DNA of 64,000 bases from Tubiluchus corallicola (lineage: Eukaryota > Animalia > Priapulida), in assembly GCA_030141605.1 (NCBI GenBank), contig JAQGDQ010000785.1:1-64000 (forward strand), in the 5' to 3' direction. The translations under genes and the position numbers were made by a program. Under the pieces are notes generated by a model. It did not search any database, had not been told where the DNA came from, and saw nothing but the letters and a program-made list of their open reading frames with translations. Shown here in pieces: positions 1 to 46,300 of the stretch; positions within the stretch are counted from its first letter, which is position 1, and the number at the start of each line of letters is the position of its first letter.

Positions 1-599
1 TACACTTAATTTAACATCTTTATATGAATATGACGCTGAATGACCTGTAGAGCCTCAAACTTGATTATTATTACAGGGGTTTTCGCTTTAACGGGCATCA
101 TTATCTGAATAGAATAAACTTGCAGTTGTTTTGCCCGCAATTATTTTACTCATTAAATTAAAGAGTTTTCAAATTACAAACAGTAACAATTAAGGCTAAT
201 ATGTATTATCCCGTTCAACAAACAATTATGACTCACAGTCCTCAAAACATGAAAACGAAATGCAAAAATAATAAGAAATTATAATTTCAGCATTTAACCA
301 TTGCAATCTCAACTATAGAAGAGAAAAGGAAACATACAAAAAATAAAAATAACGAACTAACAATAAAGTTTTATGCGAACTTGTCCATCTTACATAAAAT
401 TGAGCAAGGCAAATCAACTTGTTCAAACTAGATGAGAAAACTCCAACCTATCACACAGTCATGCAATGCAAAATGTGTAAATAATGTAGTCGATTTTAAA
501 CAAACTAGAAGATCCTACCTATCTGACTAATCAATAGTTTTTTAATTAAACCTTTGATTAATCCAATGTTTAATTCTACTTCCATTTAAAATAAGAATA

Positions 600-1118
600 C
601 GGTGTTCTCTCGCTACTTTGCGGTTTGTTTATCGCGGACTCGCTGTTTCGCGGGTTTTCAAAAATATTAATGTAAAATGTTTATCGCGGTATTTTCGCTG
701 TTTCGCGGGTTTTTGCGTTACTCTGTATAAAGTATTTTTGCACATGAGTAGTGCATATTATACAGTAATGTATAGATTTGATGAATTTTGCATAAAAAAT
801 TACAAAATGTATAAAAATATATTAAAAATATTAATTCTAACATTAAAAGAAAATTATAAATCATAAAAAATTACCATTTACAGTAAAGAGGGTATATATT
901 CGGCGGATACCTACACACCAAAAATGAAATGTAGTACTTGCGCCCGCTTCAGATGCTACTTGCCGACGTGAGATTGTACACAACACACGATTGGTTGATT
1001 GACGGGATGTAAAATAATGTATAACTACTAAAATAAGTATAGCATCCCTACTTTGCGGAAATTCACTTATCGCGGGTGGGCCTGGAATGGAACACCCGCA
1101 ATAAGCGAGCGAACACTG
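600..1118. mobile_element. Tc1/mariner-pogo (Tigger)-type MITE
   Basis: TA TSD; imperfect TIRs CGGTGTTCTCTCGCT.../...AGCGAGCGAACACTG. Confidence 0.75.
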
Positions 1119-1458
1119 TAACTGATAATTTGAACAGTAGAATTTATCATCAAAATTTCCAGCAAAATGGTGACAGAGTTTATGGGATAAAGTAATTTAT
1201 GCATCTAACAACGATGAAATGTATCATAATATTAATGCAGCATTAAGGTTAACGAGAAATAATGAAACCATATCTATCAATGGTAACATTCTGGTAAAAT
1301 AATGAAATTCTGAAGGCTTAAAAAAACAAAATGTGGGTTCAGTACTTTCTTAAATGAACTTGGTGCATTTGCCTTGCTCAGACGAATAAAAAATCAATAA
1401 TTCAGTTACACAATAACCATGCCATCTGACGCAGGCAACTCAATTAAGTATTGCTTAC

Positions 1459-35709
<34,251 letters not shown>

Positions 35710-36478
35710 AATCGCTTATTTTCGAGCAACCAGCGACGTCAGTAAATTGAGAATCACTAAGTATTCAGCTATTCATCATGTCTTTGTTATCTACAAATAA
35801 CAGTGTATGAAATAACTAACAGTACTTAAACTGAGCGTAAACGACCACTAGTGTTTGTAAGAAATGCTTCGTAAATACTGTCATCCGAAACTGCTGAGCG
35901 ATATGTTAAAGCTGAATTTAAAAAAGGTAATGTTATAAAACTGAGTTTTTATCACGTACGTTACTAACACACATAATAAAAAACACATATAACTTCCTTA
36001 AATTTACTGAGAAAGTATTTTGTTCACTACTTGCTGTGGCATTTAATGGTATGTTTACACTGCAGTGAAGTATTAGCAAAAAGGCAAAAACAAAATATTG
36101 CTACATTTGTCATGTAAAAAGCTAACATATCTAAAGCTAGTGATATGCAGGTCTATGTGTCAACCAGGACGATAATGAAAGGCTTACTGACACTGATTCA
36201 TCTACTAATTTTGATAAGCAACTGTACAAATGCAACCTTTTACACAGCATTCTTATGACTTATCACTTCTAAAGAAAATAAACGTGTTTCTATACAACTT
36301 GTTTGCTATCCTAAATAAAAGTCAAGTCATACCAAGGAAACATATTATTTACCGACAAGGTTTCGGGTAAAATAAGAGTACCGGTACACGCCTTGTTCAG
36401 TTTTCGCTACCAAAACATGAAACGTTTTCTTCACAAAATCCACTCTCTCTAGTAAAAATCTGTAAAACCAATACTCAC

Positions 36479-36690
36479 GTATAACTTCCGATGGCAATGC
36501 AGTAAATAACAAGGTATCATTTCTTTATCACTGGGATTGGTCGGGTTCACTATAATCACATTTTTCCACACTGACTGCACAATTACATAACTATTTCTCC
36601 AACATTAGACAGCGGACATGTTTGCTCATTGTATGGACGAAATGAATTATGGGACATGGGTGGCGAGATTACTTCGCCACCTATAGTGAG
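36479..36690 (-). promoter_or_regulatory. Candidate MAP4K promoter and non-coding first exon
   Basis: Donor AC/GTGAGT at 36478 and acceptor tatttgtag at 35791, upstream of the ATG exon. TCCCATAATTC (ZNF143-like) motif and a GGTGGCGA/TCGCCACC inverted repeat at 36659-36681. Confidence 0.35.
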
Positions 36691-38363
36691 CAAATTAAAA
36701 TAAAGTTAATGTTGCCAGCCAGGCCAAATCTCTGATATTTTATCAATCAAAGCCTGCAATTTGAAATCAGTTATCTTCCATAAATAGAAAGGACTATATA
36801 ATGTAATATTACGTTAAAATTCACAGTCAAGGAATATAAAACACCGATGCGAAATTGAGGAAAACACCAAAAGACTTGCTAAGATTATTCTCATAATTTT
36901 ACCAATCAACAGCGGTAAAATTCATTCAATCTTGCTGTCCACCAACTAGATCTCAACAGTCTTTTACAGATGGCAAAAAACAGAAAATGCGATACAATTT
37001 TCTTTCGCAACCACTTTGCGTTTTTTTTCTGTTTTAGCATGCATCTTCTGTATCCAAGTGAGAATGTTCATTTTACCAGGCAAATGTGTGGCAACTCATA
37101 TACGGAAAATGTTAATGCAGTCTGAATGTCATTTTTTATGCGATAGCATTATCGATTAGCTGATGACACAAACAACAGGCCTACTCCACTTATCAGGCAT
37201 GAAAACATACCTTGTCAAATCATGTCAATCACAAAAGGAACACAGTAGTTAGGACCAGTTATGCTGATTGCAAGGAATTCTTTAGACAGGTTATCCTTTG
37301 AACTCTCAGGTTAACTAGTATATGCAATGAATTAGCTCATAAAATAATTATTGTAAAAAACCAGCCTGAGACTGTCTAGAATCACCAAGAAAACAACAAA
37401 AAAACAAAAATTGTCTTTATCAGATTTATTACCAAATTTAGAAATCTTGCACAAATGTGTTAATTTGTAATTAAGAACCTCGTTGTGGCTCAAGTGTGCT
37501 CAACCAGATCTTAAGTACAACTGAGGCATTTGTCACACATGCAGCCATAACAACCCTCATACATTACCCATGACTAGCAAGTTTTAAAAATAACTGCAAA
37601 TGTTACAGAAAATGTCACGGCAGTGCTGCACGTAAAACTGCAATTTTTGCTATTGCTCATGACACTCCTGTATGCAAAATTTACCATGTTCCAGTTAAAA
37701 ATGCATTTTATGCATCATGCAATTACTTGATGCAATACACTGTACATAGCCTGATCATACAGGCATACAATACATCACAGAACAAACCGTCTCTCATATG
37801 AGAAACATTCTTGAGTATTTACATTATAATATACTGTATGTACAAATATATACAAAAATCATAATTATATATAGTTATATAATTGTAATAAAGTGTTTAA
37901 CACTTTCACAGAAAATCGCAATTAGTACTAGTTTTAATTTTTTGCAATCAAAACAATCTACCAATAGAGAAATGTCGTTCTTTTTATTGGTTTTGGTTTT
38001 CTGGCATAAATCATGTACACTCAAACATGATTCATTTGATCTGCGTCTGACCTAACCAATGACCACAAAAGAGAAATGAATAGTACATCCACACACAAGC
38101 TGATTTAAATAAGGATAGGGACCACAACAATGTATGAAACATTGTCATTGTTTGCCTTCTGTATGTCTTCACCATGCTCTAGACAATGGCACATATTCTC
38201 TGCCATAGTTACTTAAAACATTGATATCAGCTTGTTGCGTTAATAAGCTATTTTTCTTATGCATGTTCAGCTATTGTGACCACAATGAAATTGACACTCT
38301 GCAATGTACACTGACGCAATTCTAACAACACGTTTCAAACTGTCTCTCTGTGATAATGGACAG

Positions 38364-38515
38364 CTAAGTTACGGAGCACTTTCTCACTGAAACCGGAGAC
38401 ACGTACACCTTAACGGTATTGCTCAGTTCGATGCCCTCTTGTAGATTTTCAGACTGCTTAGTCAAGTCAGTGTCTAAAGGAAGGTATGCGACACACAGTT
38501 CCACATGACACGCTT
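38364..38515 (-). CDS. INTS4: INTS4 last coding exon (EACHVEL...[16 protein letters not shown])
   Basis: tttcag acceptor, TAG stop. Confidence 0.93.
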
Positions 38516-40273
38516 CTGAAAATGCAAAAACCAAAATTTCAGTGGCACATCCCAAAGTAAAAACCCAAAAGTAAATAAACGAAAGACACTTTTTATCACC
38601 TGCCCTACATAGCCTGTTGTGTTTGTTAAAGACATTGTGCAGGAAAACTGATGATAATTGTAGAAGACATGCAATACAACAGATAAACTGTCATACATGT
38701 GCTTGCAAATCAAAACCGTCCATAAGTCGACATAGTTAAAACTATGTTGTGGTGCTTCAAAGTAGAATGCACCAGAAATTTGGTCTAAAGTTCATTTTTT
38801 TGTTTTTTACAAAAACAAATGCTAAATGTATACAACTTTTATATTCTGGCATGAAATTATCAAGAAAATGTTCAAAAATACTAAAAATCTAATTTAATCA
38901 CTCCAAACCCACTTTTCTGTTTATAAACTAGTACTACAATTATAAAAAAAATTGCATTTCCAAACTCCAATAATATCTCGTGGAAGCACTCATTTTGCTT
39001 CAGTTTTTTCCGTTGCCAAGCCCAGGTCTTTGTCAGGAAAAGCCACCTACTGGATTTAAATATAACTTCAATGGGCTTCATGCAAAATCCGTATCACCAA
39101 CATTTCTGCGGTTGCTTAACGTTTTTTAAAAATGTGACATAAAACATTGGCAAACATTAACAATGATTTTCTCAAGATTGTTTTTTCAGTGAGCAGCCTG
39201 CACCTCAACTTCAACGTGGATTACCTCAGCTTAGAAATAACATAGAGCGATGAGCTTGGTATCAAAATGATCCTGATGAAATGGAGATTCAGGAGATGTG
39301 AATAACTAGAAAGCTTAATTGCTGACTTGTGGACGATTTTGTTATGCAAACACACATATATTAAGTACCACAGATTATCCAGATTTATTTGTCACCATCT
39401 TAAAATACAAGGCAAAATGCCTAGATGGAGACACAGAAAGTTGGAAGGATAGCCTTCTTAAATAAATGAATTTCCTCTAGCACAGCAGACTGCCATTGCT
39501 AAAAAATTTGCTTGCAAAAAGACTGAATGGTAATGGCTGATAAACTCTTTTTTGAGTACCAATTTAAAACTTAAAAATTTAAAAATTTATTGAAGTCAGA
39601 TATTCGCCCATTAGCATGTAGGTCCATTTCCTCAATTAGAAGCCACCATAGCAAAGGAGATAAAGATTTAGAGTCAAAAATAAGGTGAAAAAAATGTCAT
39701 AAAAATGAAACACTGTCAGAAAAGTGGTACACAAAGCTGAATGTTGTTAAAATGAATCATCTTTAAAAAAAGTTAAGCAAATAACTATTTATTACAAAAA
39801 TTAAACACATGAAAACCAAAATTATAACACAAGTAACATTTTACAGGTACAGAAATGTTCATTCAAAGGCTTCAGCAATTATTTACCTGTCCAGACTCCA
39901 TGAGAGAGGCAGATGCAAGTCACCAGTCTATACTGGCCATCTTTTCGCTTCTTGAAGTCAGATATTTTAGGAATCAGAAGATCCACTCTTTGATCAGGAT
40001 ACACAACCTAAACAAAAATCATTTTCTTGACGGTTTTCAATCCTTGTGTTGAAAATATTGAAGGTCTAAAGGCATATATGCAATAATAACCTTAAACGTG
40101 TTTCCTGTTTTTTTTAGTAAGAATGGAGGAGAGGGGGAAAAAGAGAGAGAGGCGGGAAAAGGGAGAGAGAGAAAGAGAGAGAGAGAGAGAGACAGAAGGA
40201 GAGAGAGAGAGAGAGGAGGAGGGAGAGAGAGAGGGAAGGAGGGACCAAGAGAGAGAAAGAGAGAGAGGGAGGA

Positions 40274-40344
<71 letters not shown>

Positions 40345-43300
40345 GAGAGAAACAAGGAAAAGAACCAGGTACATAAGCAGAAATGGTACAATTCACTGTA
40401 TCAGAATTTCTACTTGCCTTTATACGAACACAACGGACATCAACTATATTATCTAACATAATGTCCATGTGTACAGGTAGTGTAAGCCCAGCAGTAAACT
40501 TCAGCGGGTTGTCCGACTCTGTACTGGGATGGACGATCCGTGCAGAAGACTGTTTCACATTACTAGATACAGTCAGCATCGATGGTGAGTGTTCAGACAT
40601 TGCAGATTGCAGCATCGTCCTGACGCCGCCCGTATCGTCAGCATCCAGTTTTGGAAACTCGTCGAACACGGACTGAATGAAGCCGTCGGGACTCACATCG
40701 AGGTCGAACAACGCTCTGTAACAGGTAGACACATATCAAACTACTACAGCCTTTAATCTTTTGTTCTGGATCAAAAATGGTGATCGATGTATTTGATTAC
40801 TAAAGTAATTTGCATTTTGAGTAAAGAACGTTTTCATTTTTCACACAAAAAATTACAAGTAGGATTGAGATAGTTAGGCTTTTTAACTAATCGTTCAAAC
40901 GTCATTAACCGTTTAACCGTTCCTGATGACGTCGTTCATTCATTCCTTGCATAAGTAAGCGGTGCGGTTCAAATCTAGCATGCACCAGCGAGAATGTCCA
41001 ACATGGCGGCATCCTCGTAACATACTCGAGTGAAAAGGTTTTTGCAATTTACCATTTAGATGCTTCTTAGGCAACCCGATTAATTGAAACAATGTTGTAA
41101 ATAGTACAATTTTATGTAAGCAGGGCATTGCTAACTGTATATTTCAACTCCGAAAAGATACAAGGTTTCATTAATACGTAGAAAACTTGGCTGAGTGACA
41201 GTTAAACGTCTCAGCCTCAGCGCTGGCATAAACGGTTAACCGTCTCAGCCTTAGCGCTGGCATAAACGGTTAACCGTCTCAGCCTTAGCGCTGGCATAAA
41301 CGGTTAACCGTCTCAGCCTTAGCGTTGGCATAAACGGTTAACCGTCTCAGCCTTAGCGTTGGCATAAACGGTTAACCGTCTCAGCCTTAGCGTTGGCATA
41401 AACGGTTAACCGTCTCAGCCTTAGTGTTGGCATAAACGGTTAACCGTCTCAGCCTTAGTGTTGGCATAAACGGTTAACCGTCTCAGCCTTAGTGTTGGCA
41501 TAAACGGTTAACCGTCTCAGCCTTAGCGTTGGCATAAATAACCGTCCTCAGCCTTGGGTGTTGGCACAAACGGTTAACCGTCTCAGCCTTAGTGTTGGCA
41601 TAAACGGTTAACCGTCTCAGCCTTAGTGTTAACATAAACGGTTAACCGTCTCAGCCTCAGCGTTAACATAAACGGTTAACCGTCTCAGCCTCAGCATTGG
41701 CACAAACTGTTAACCGTCTCAGCCTCAGCATTGGCACAAACTGTTAACCGTCTCAGCCTCAGCGTTGGCACAAACGGTTAACCGTCTCAGCCTTAGTGTT
41801 GGCATAAACGGTTAACCGTCTCAGCCTTAGTGTTGGCATAAACGATTAACCATCTCAGCCTTAATTACAAGTAGAACAAATTGATAACATTTATACAATG
41901 GTATTTTGCTTCCAGAAATTATAATTTAGCTGCATATGCAAATTTTAGTCACAGCTTCAAACGGTTTTGAGTTGAACTTCATATACAAACTAATATGATA
42001 ATTCCATCCTCGCAGTCATACACATTATGTAATCAGTCCTAATTCTACTGCTTCCACAATCCGTGCTCTACTTAAATTATTTTTATCTCCCTCTTGTCCC
42101 ACATCCTAATATTTTCATTTACTCTCAAAGACCAAGTATTTAATCTCAGACGCTATACTTACAAATTGAATAGCTGCAGCAGGATCAAAATCTAGCTCAT
42201 CATAACAATATCTCAGATAAGACAATAAACTGGATGGTGCAGCTCAATGGTAGCATGCCCAATTCCCACCCAGGAGGTCGCAGGTTCAACTCCTGATTGA
42301 GTCATACCAAATACTTGAAAAAATAGTACCGCTGGTTCATCGACTAAGTACGTGTGTTTATTGAAGTAACACGTGGGTAATAATAATTAGAAGCGCTATG
42401 GAAATAACTGTTGAGTTACTTAAGATGTTATCACCGGATTATGCTCTAAACAGAAACATTTATTATTACACTGAAATAGAGGCATGTCTTAGCCACCAAT
42501 CATTGAAATGAACTAGAAATTACCTTTGCAAACTTTTCATCTTGTCCAAGTAGTTCTGACACAACATGACTTTACTGATGTGTCGCTGCGTCGTTTGCAA
42601 GCCGACAAGAAGTTGAACAGAAAGACTCCAACCCCACATGCATTTGACGATGCTCAGCTCAGCATGCGTCAGATTCAAGAAGATGTGCTCTAACTGACAT
42701 GTCAAATCAAGTATCTATGGAGAAAAATCACTGGCAAATAGGTACACAAGTAAATATTCTACAGAAAATATGAGTGACTGCAACCTTGTTATAAGAAACA
42801 AAACACATAAGATGGATTAAATCTAATCATTACATTTTTAAAACCAAATTTAACAGAAAGGAAGAAAATGTGAAAAAGTTAAAGTTGGATTTGAACCAGC
42901 CATCTTTAGATCACAAGTCAAATGCTAGAGCTATTAAACTGCATAGGCCATTGCGATCATAGCAGGTCTTAAATCAATCCTAAAACTTGCCAACAAACAC
43001 AAACATTTTACGTCTTAATATGCTCGGGCTGGAACAACAAAAACTAAATTACATTTTAACACAAAATATACACAACATACGAACTAGCAACACTCGTGTT
43101 TATTGCACAGATGAGTGAAAAATTTTAACAAACTACACAGAGAATACAGGTCAGACATACATTAGTCGACAGCAACTTACAAGGACAAAAACCCTGCTGT
43201 TGCAGTAGTTTTAATTAAGAAAGTTCACATAGGTAGTTGTCGACTTACAACCACAATACCCCCTGGCGGATTGATCACAAGACGAAACAGATGCAAATAG

Positions 43301-46300
43301 ATCCAAAAATGGTGCGCCACTACAGCAAGACGTTGTGTGTGTATGTGCACTAAGTATGGCAGTATTTGTTTAAAGAAATAGAGAGAAATATGACTTATAA
43401 ATTGGTTGTGTATAATTAATTAAATTGCAGTCGGATCGTACAATCGAACAGTCATCAGTCACATGTTTTGAAAGTGGACGGCTACCTGTAGTGCATAAAC
43501 CGTGACACTAACCTCAGTAAGACCAAGTAATGAAACTGAAACTATGAGTGGTTAAAAGATGTCTGGCACAACGTATGACATGCACGAATCATGAAGACTG
43601 TGCTTGCACAACAATCCTCGAACCCGACACATCACTAGTTATTTGGCTGTTATACAATTTTTTAATTAAAAAGTTAAAAGTTAAAATCATGCCAAATGTT
43701 TCGACTGCCTGCTGCTGTCATCATCAGTGGTAAATTTCCAAACATACAAACTTTTTATATAGGCACAGCCTATTATGCACTAATTAAGTTAGTTAACAGA
43801 AGCCAAATAGACAAATTTTAGAGTTAAGGGGTTCAATATTCAAAAACCCTCCTCCACAAAAAACAAGTGACTTTAAAATTTCATTCTAGAAAACATTCTT
43901 ATGTTTTATAAAAAGAAAAATCAAACCAGACGACTTAATGGCTCCTACCTTGTGCAATATTAAACCCAGCACCACATACATTCTAAAAATCATAAACATT
44001 AGACATAGACAAACGTGTTTTACCTTTTCAGCTAAGAAGGTTGCCACGGAATTCTCTTGCAAGCCAAACTCGACCCTCAGTACGCCGTTAGCACCTAGCA
44101 GGGCTTTGTGTAAGTACAACAAGCATTGAATGTAAAAGGAAAGACATTGAGCACGTGCAGACAACTCGGGTTCAACCTTCATTATACACTGAAGATCCCT
44201 GAGAAAAACAAAAGAAAATTCATATACAGTGGAACCTCGACTTCTTACGAGAACCCTATTATACGAAAAATTTGGAATAAGAAACAGGCTTCGAAGAAAT
44301 TTCGTCCCATTTAACATATTCGAGGTACGAAAACGAAAATCGAAAGTGCCGCTCGACAGCGGTCCTCCTAGAATGCATTTCGTAGCATCACGTGAACGCT
44401 TTGTTGTGCGCAACACCTGAACGCTTTGTTGTGCGCAACACCTGAACGCTTTGTTGTGCGCAACACGCGAACGCTTTGTTGTGCGCAACACGCGAACGCT
44501 TTGTTGTGCGCAACACGCGAAGGCTTTGTTGTGCGCAACACGCGAACGCTTTGTTGTGCGCAACACGCGAAGGCTTTGTTGTGCGCAACACGCGAACGCT
44601 TTGTTGTGCGCAACACGCGAACGCTTTGTTGTGCGCAACACGCGAACGCTTTGTTGTGCGCAACACGCGAACGCTTTGTTGTGCGCAACACGCGAACGCT
44701 TTGTTGTGCGCAACACGCGAACGCTTTGTTGTGCGCAACACGTGAACGCTTCGAAAGGTAAAGTGTCATTATTGTAACATTATTATTTTTCATTGATTTT
44801 ATTACTTTCTCATTGTTTTTTTACATTTATGTAAATGATTATGCTGTCATTAACGAACATATTTCTTTCGGGTGGGTACAATATTTACACTTTATATGAC
44901 TGTTTTCGGGGAGGGGGGCTGTAATGAATTACGCCATCTATAGGGTAAATCTTGTATCATAATACGAAAATTCTAAGATACGAAAGCCCCTCCAAAATGA
45001 GTTAATTTCACATCTCAAGGTATCACAGCATTAATCTTCTAATTATGACTGTTTTGAATAAGCCTTTTCATAGTTTCGTTGTGCACACGCGCAGTTGCTG
45101 TAGGTCAAAGGTTAAGTCTACCACAGCAACACATCTTAACTACAACCGTAACGTGACATGTGTGTAAAGCAAAACCGTTGACGCTTATGGTTCAGTGCTT
45201 CAGTTGTTTTACGTGGAGTTTACTTAATTATGCATTAGTCTGTACGTACAGTGATTTACTATCAGGATTTTGCTTGCAAACAAGAAAAAATGAACTAGGT
45301 AAGGTTCCAGCTAGCTGTTAAAACTGATATTATTACAATAGCATGAGCTGCGAGGCGTAGTCAATTGTACACAAATGCGTTGTCTGGTACACTTAACCTT
45401 TGACCTCTTCACGATCATCATCAATCGTTGTGAAAGGCTTATTGTTTTGAAATAAAATTCTAAACAGCTATTATTTTAGAGAAAAAACTCAAACGAGGCA
45501 TTTTTCTTTTTTAAACAAATAATTTACTTGCAAAGCTTTTCCTTATTACCGCACACAGGCAGAGAATGAAATGTGATGGAGTAACGTGACCTTATTTTTC
45601 TGTCATTTGGTTTTGTATTGCACGACGTGTATGTTCACAATTTAGTATCTCTCTTGTTTCCTTTTCAGAATGTTGATTTTTGCAATTTTTACACATTGTA
45701 TTTTTTATTGTATGAACATGACCGATCAAAACGCTGCAGATGTTTGCGACTGAAGAAAAACCTTGTCTTTGCTTAAATGTGTGTTGGATGTTATGTTCAT
45801 ATTAAGAAGTTGTTTTTCCAATCTCCAATACTTTACTTGAAGCAAGCATGGATTAATCTCTATAGTATTGCAATAATCACACTGTACTTGCTCTCAACGA
45901 CATTATAGCAATACAACACAGTTTTACTTACTCCAGGGATGAGAATAACAAATTGCAAAAAACTCCGAAACAGGCCGGGGGTTTAGGGGATGTGTAGGCC
46001 CCTGTGGGGGTTCAAGGGGGGAGAAGCCCCCTTGGAGCTAGCAACAAATTGCAATTTTGTGACCATAGAGAGCCTCTAAGTGGACTTAAAATATCAGTTA
46101 CCTTGTTTCATGCATAATTTAAAATACCCAACTATCAAGGATACATGATACCTAATTGTCTCAAAAATGTCTAAGTACTGGCCGCTCCTATGCAAAAGTA
46201 TATAAAAACTGTCTGCAATTGACTCATATAACTCCGCACAATTGATTCTATATTTTTATACATAGAGATATACACGTGGTTACACTGATGTATATGATGA

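Noticed and set aside
40092-40461. ER/SL-rich ORFs
   Set aside because: Translations of the (GA)n microsatellite.
42232-42305. tRNA gene
   Set aside because: A and B boxes are present but there is no acceptor stem; it continues into a SINE body and tail.
43886-44793. 276-aa and overlapping ORFs
   Set aside because: The 25-bp repeat reads through into one real INTS4 exon; only 44024-44198 is coding.
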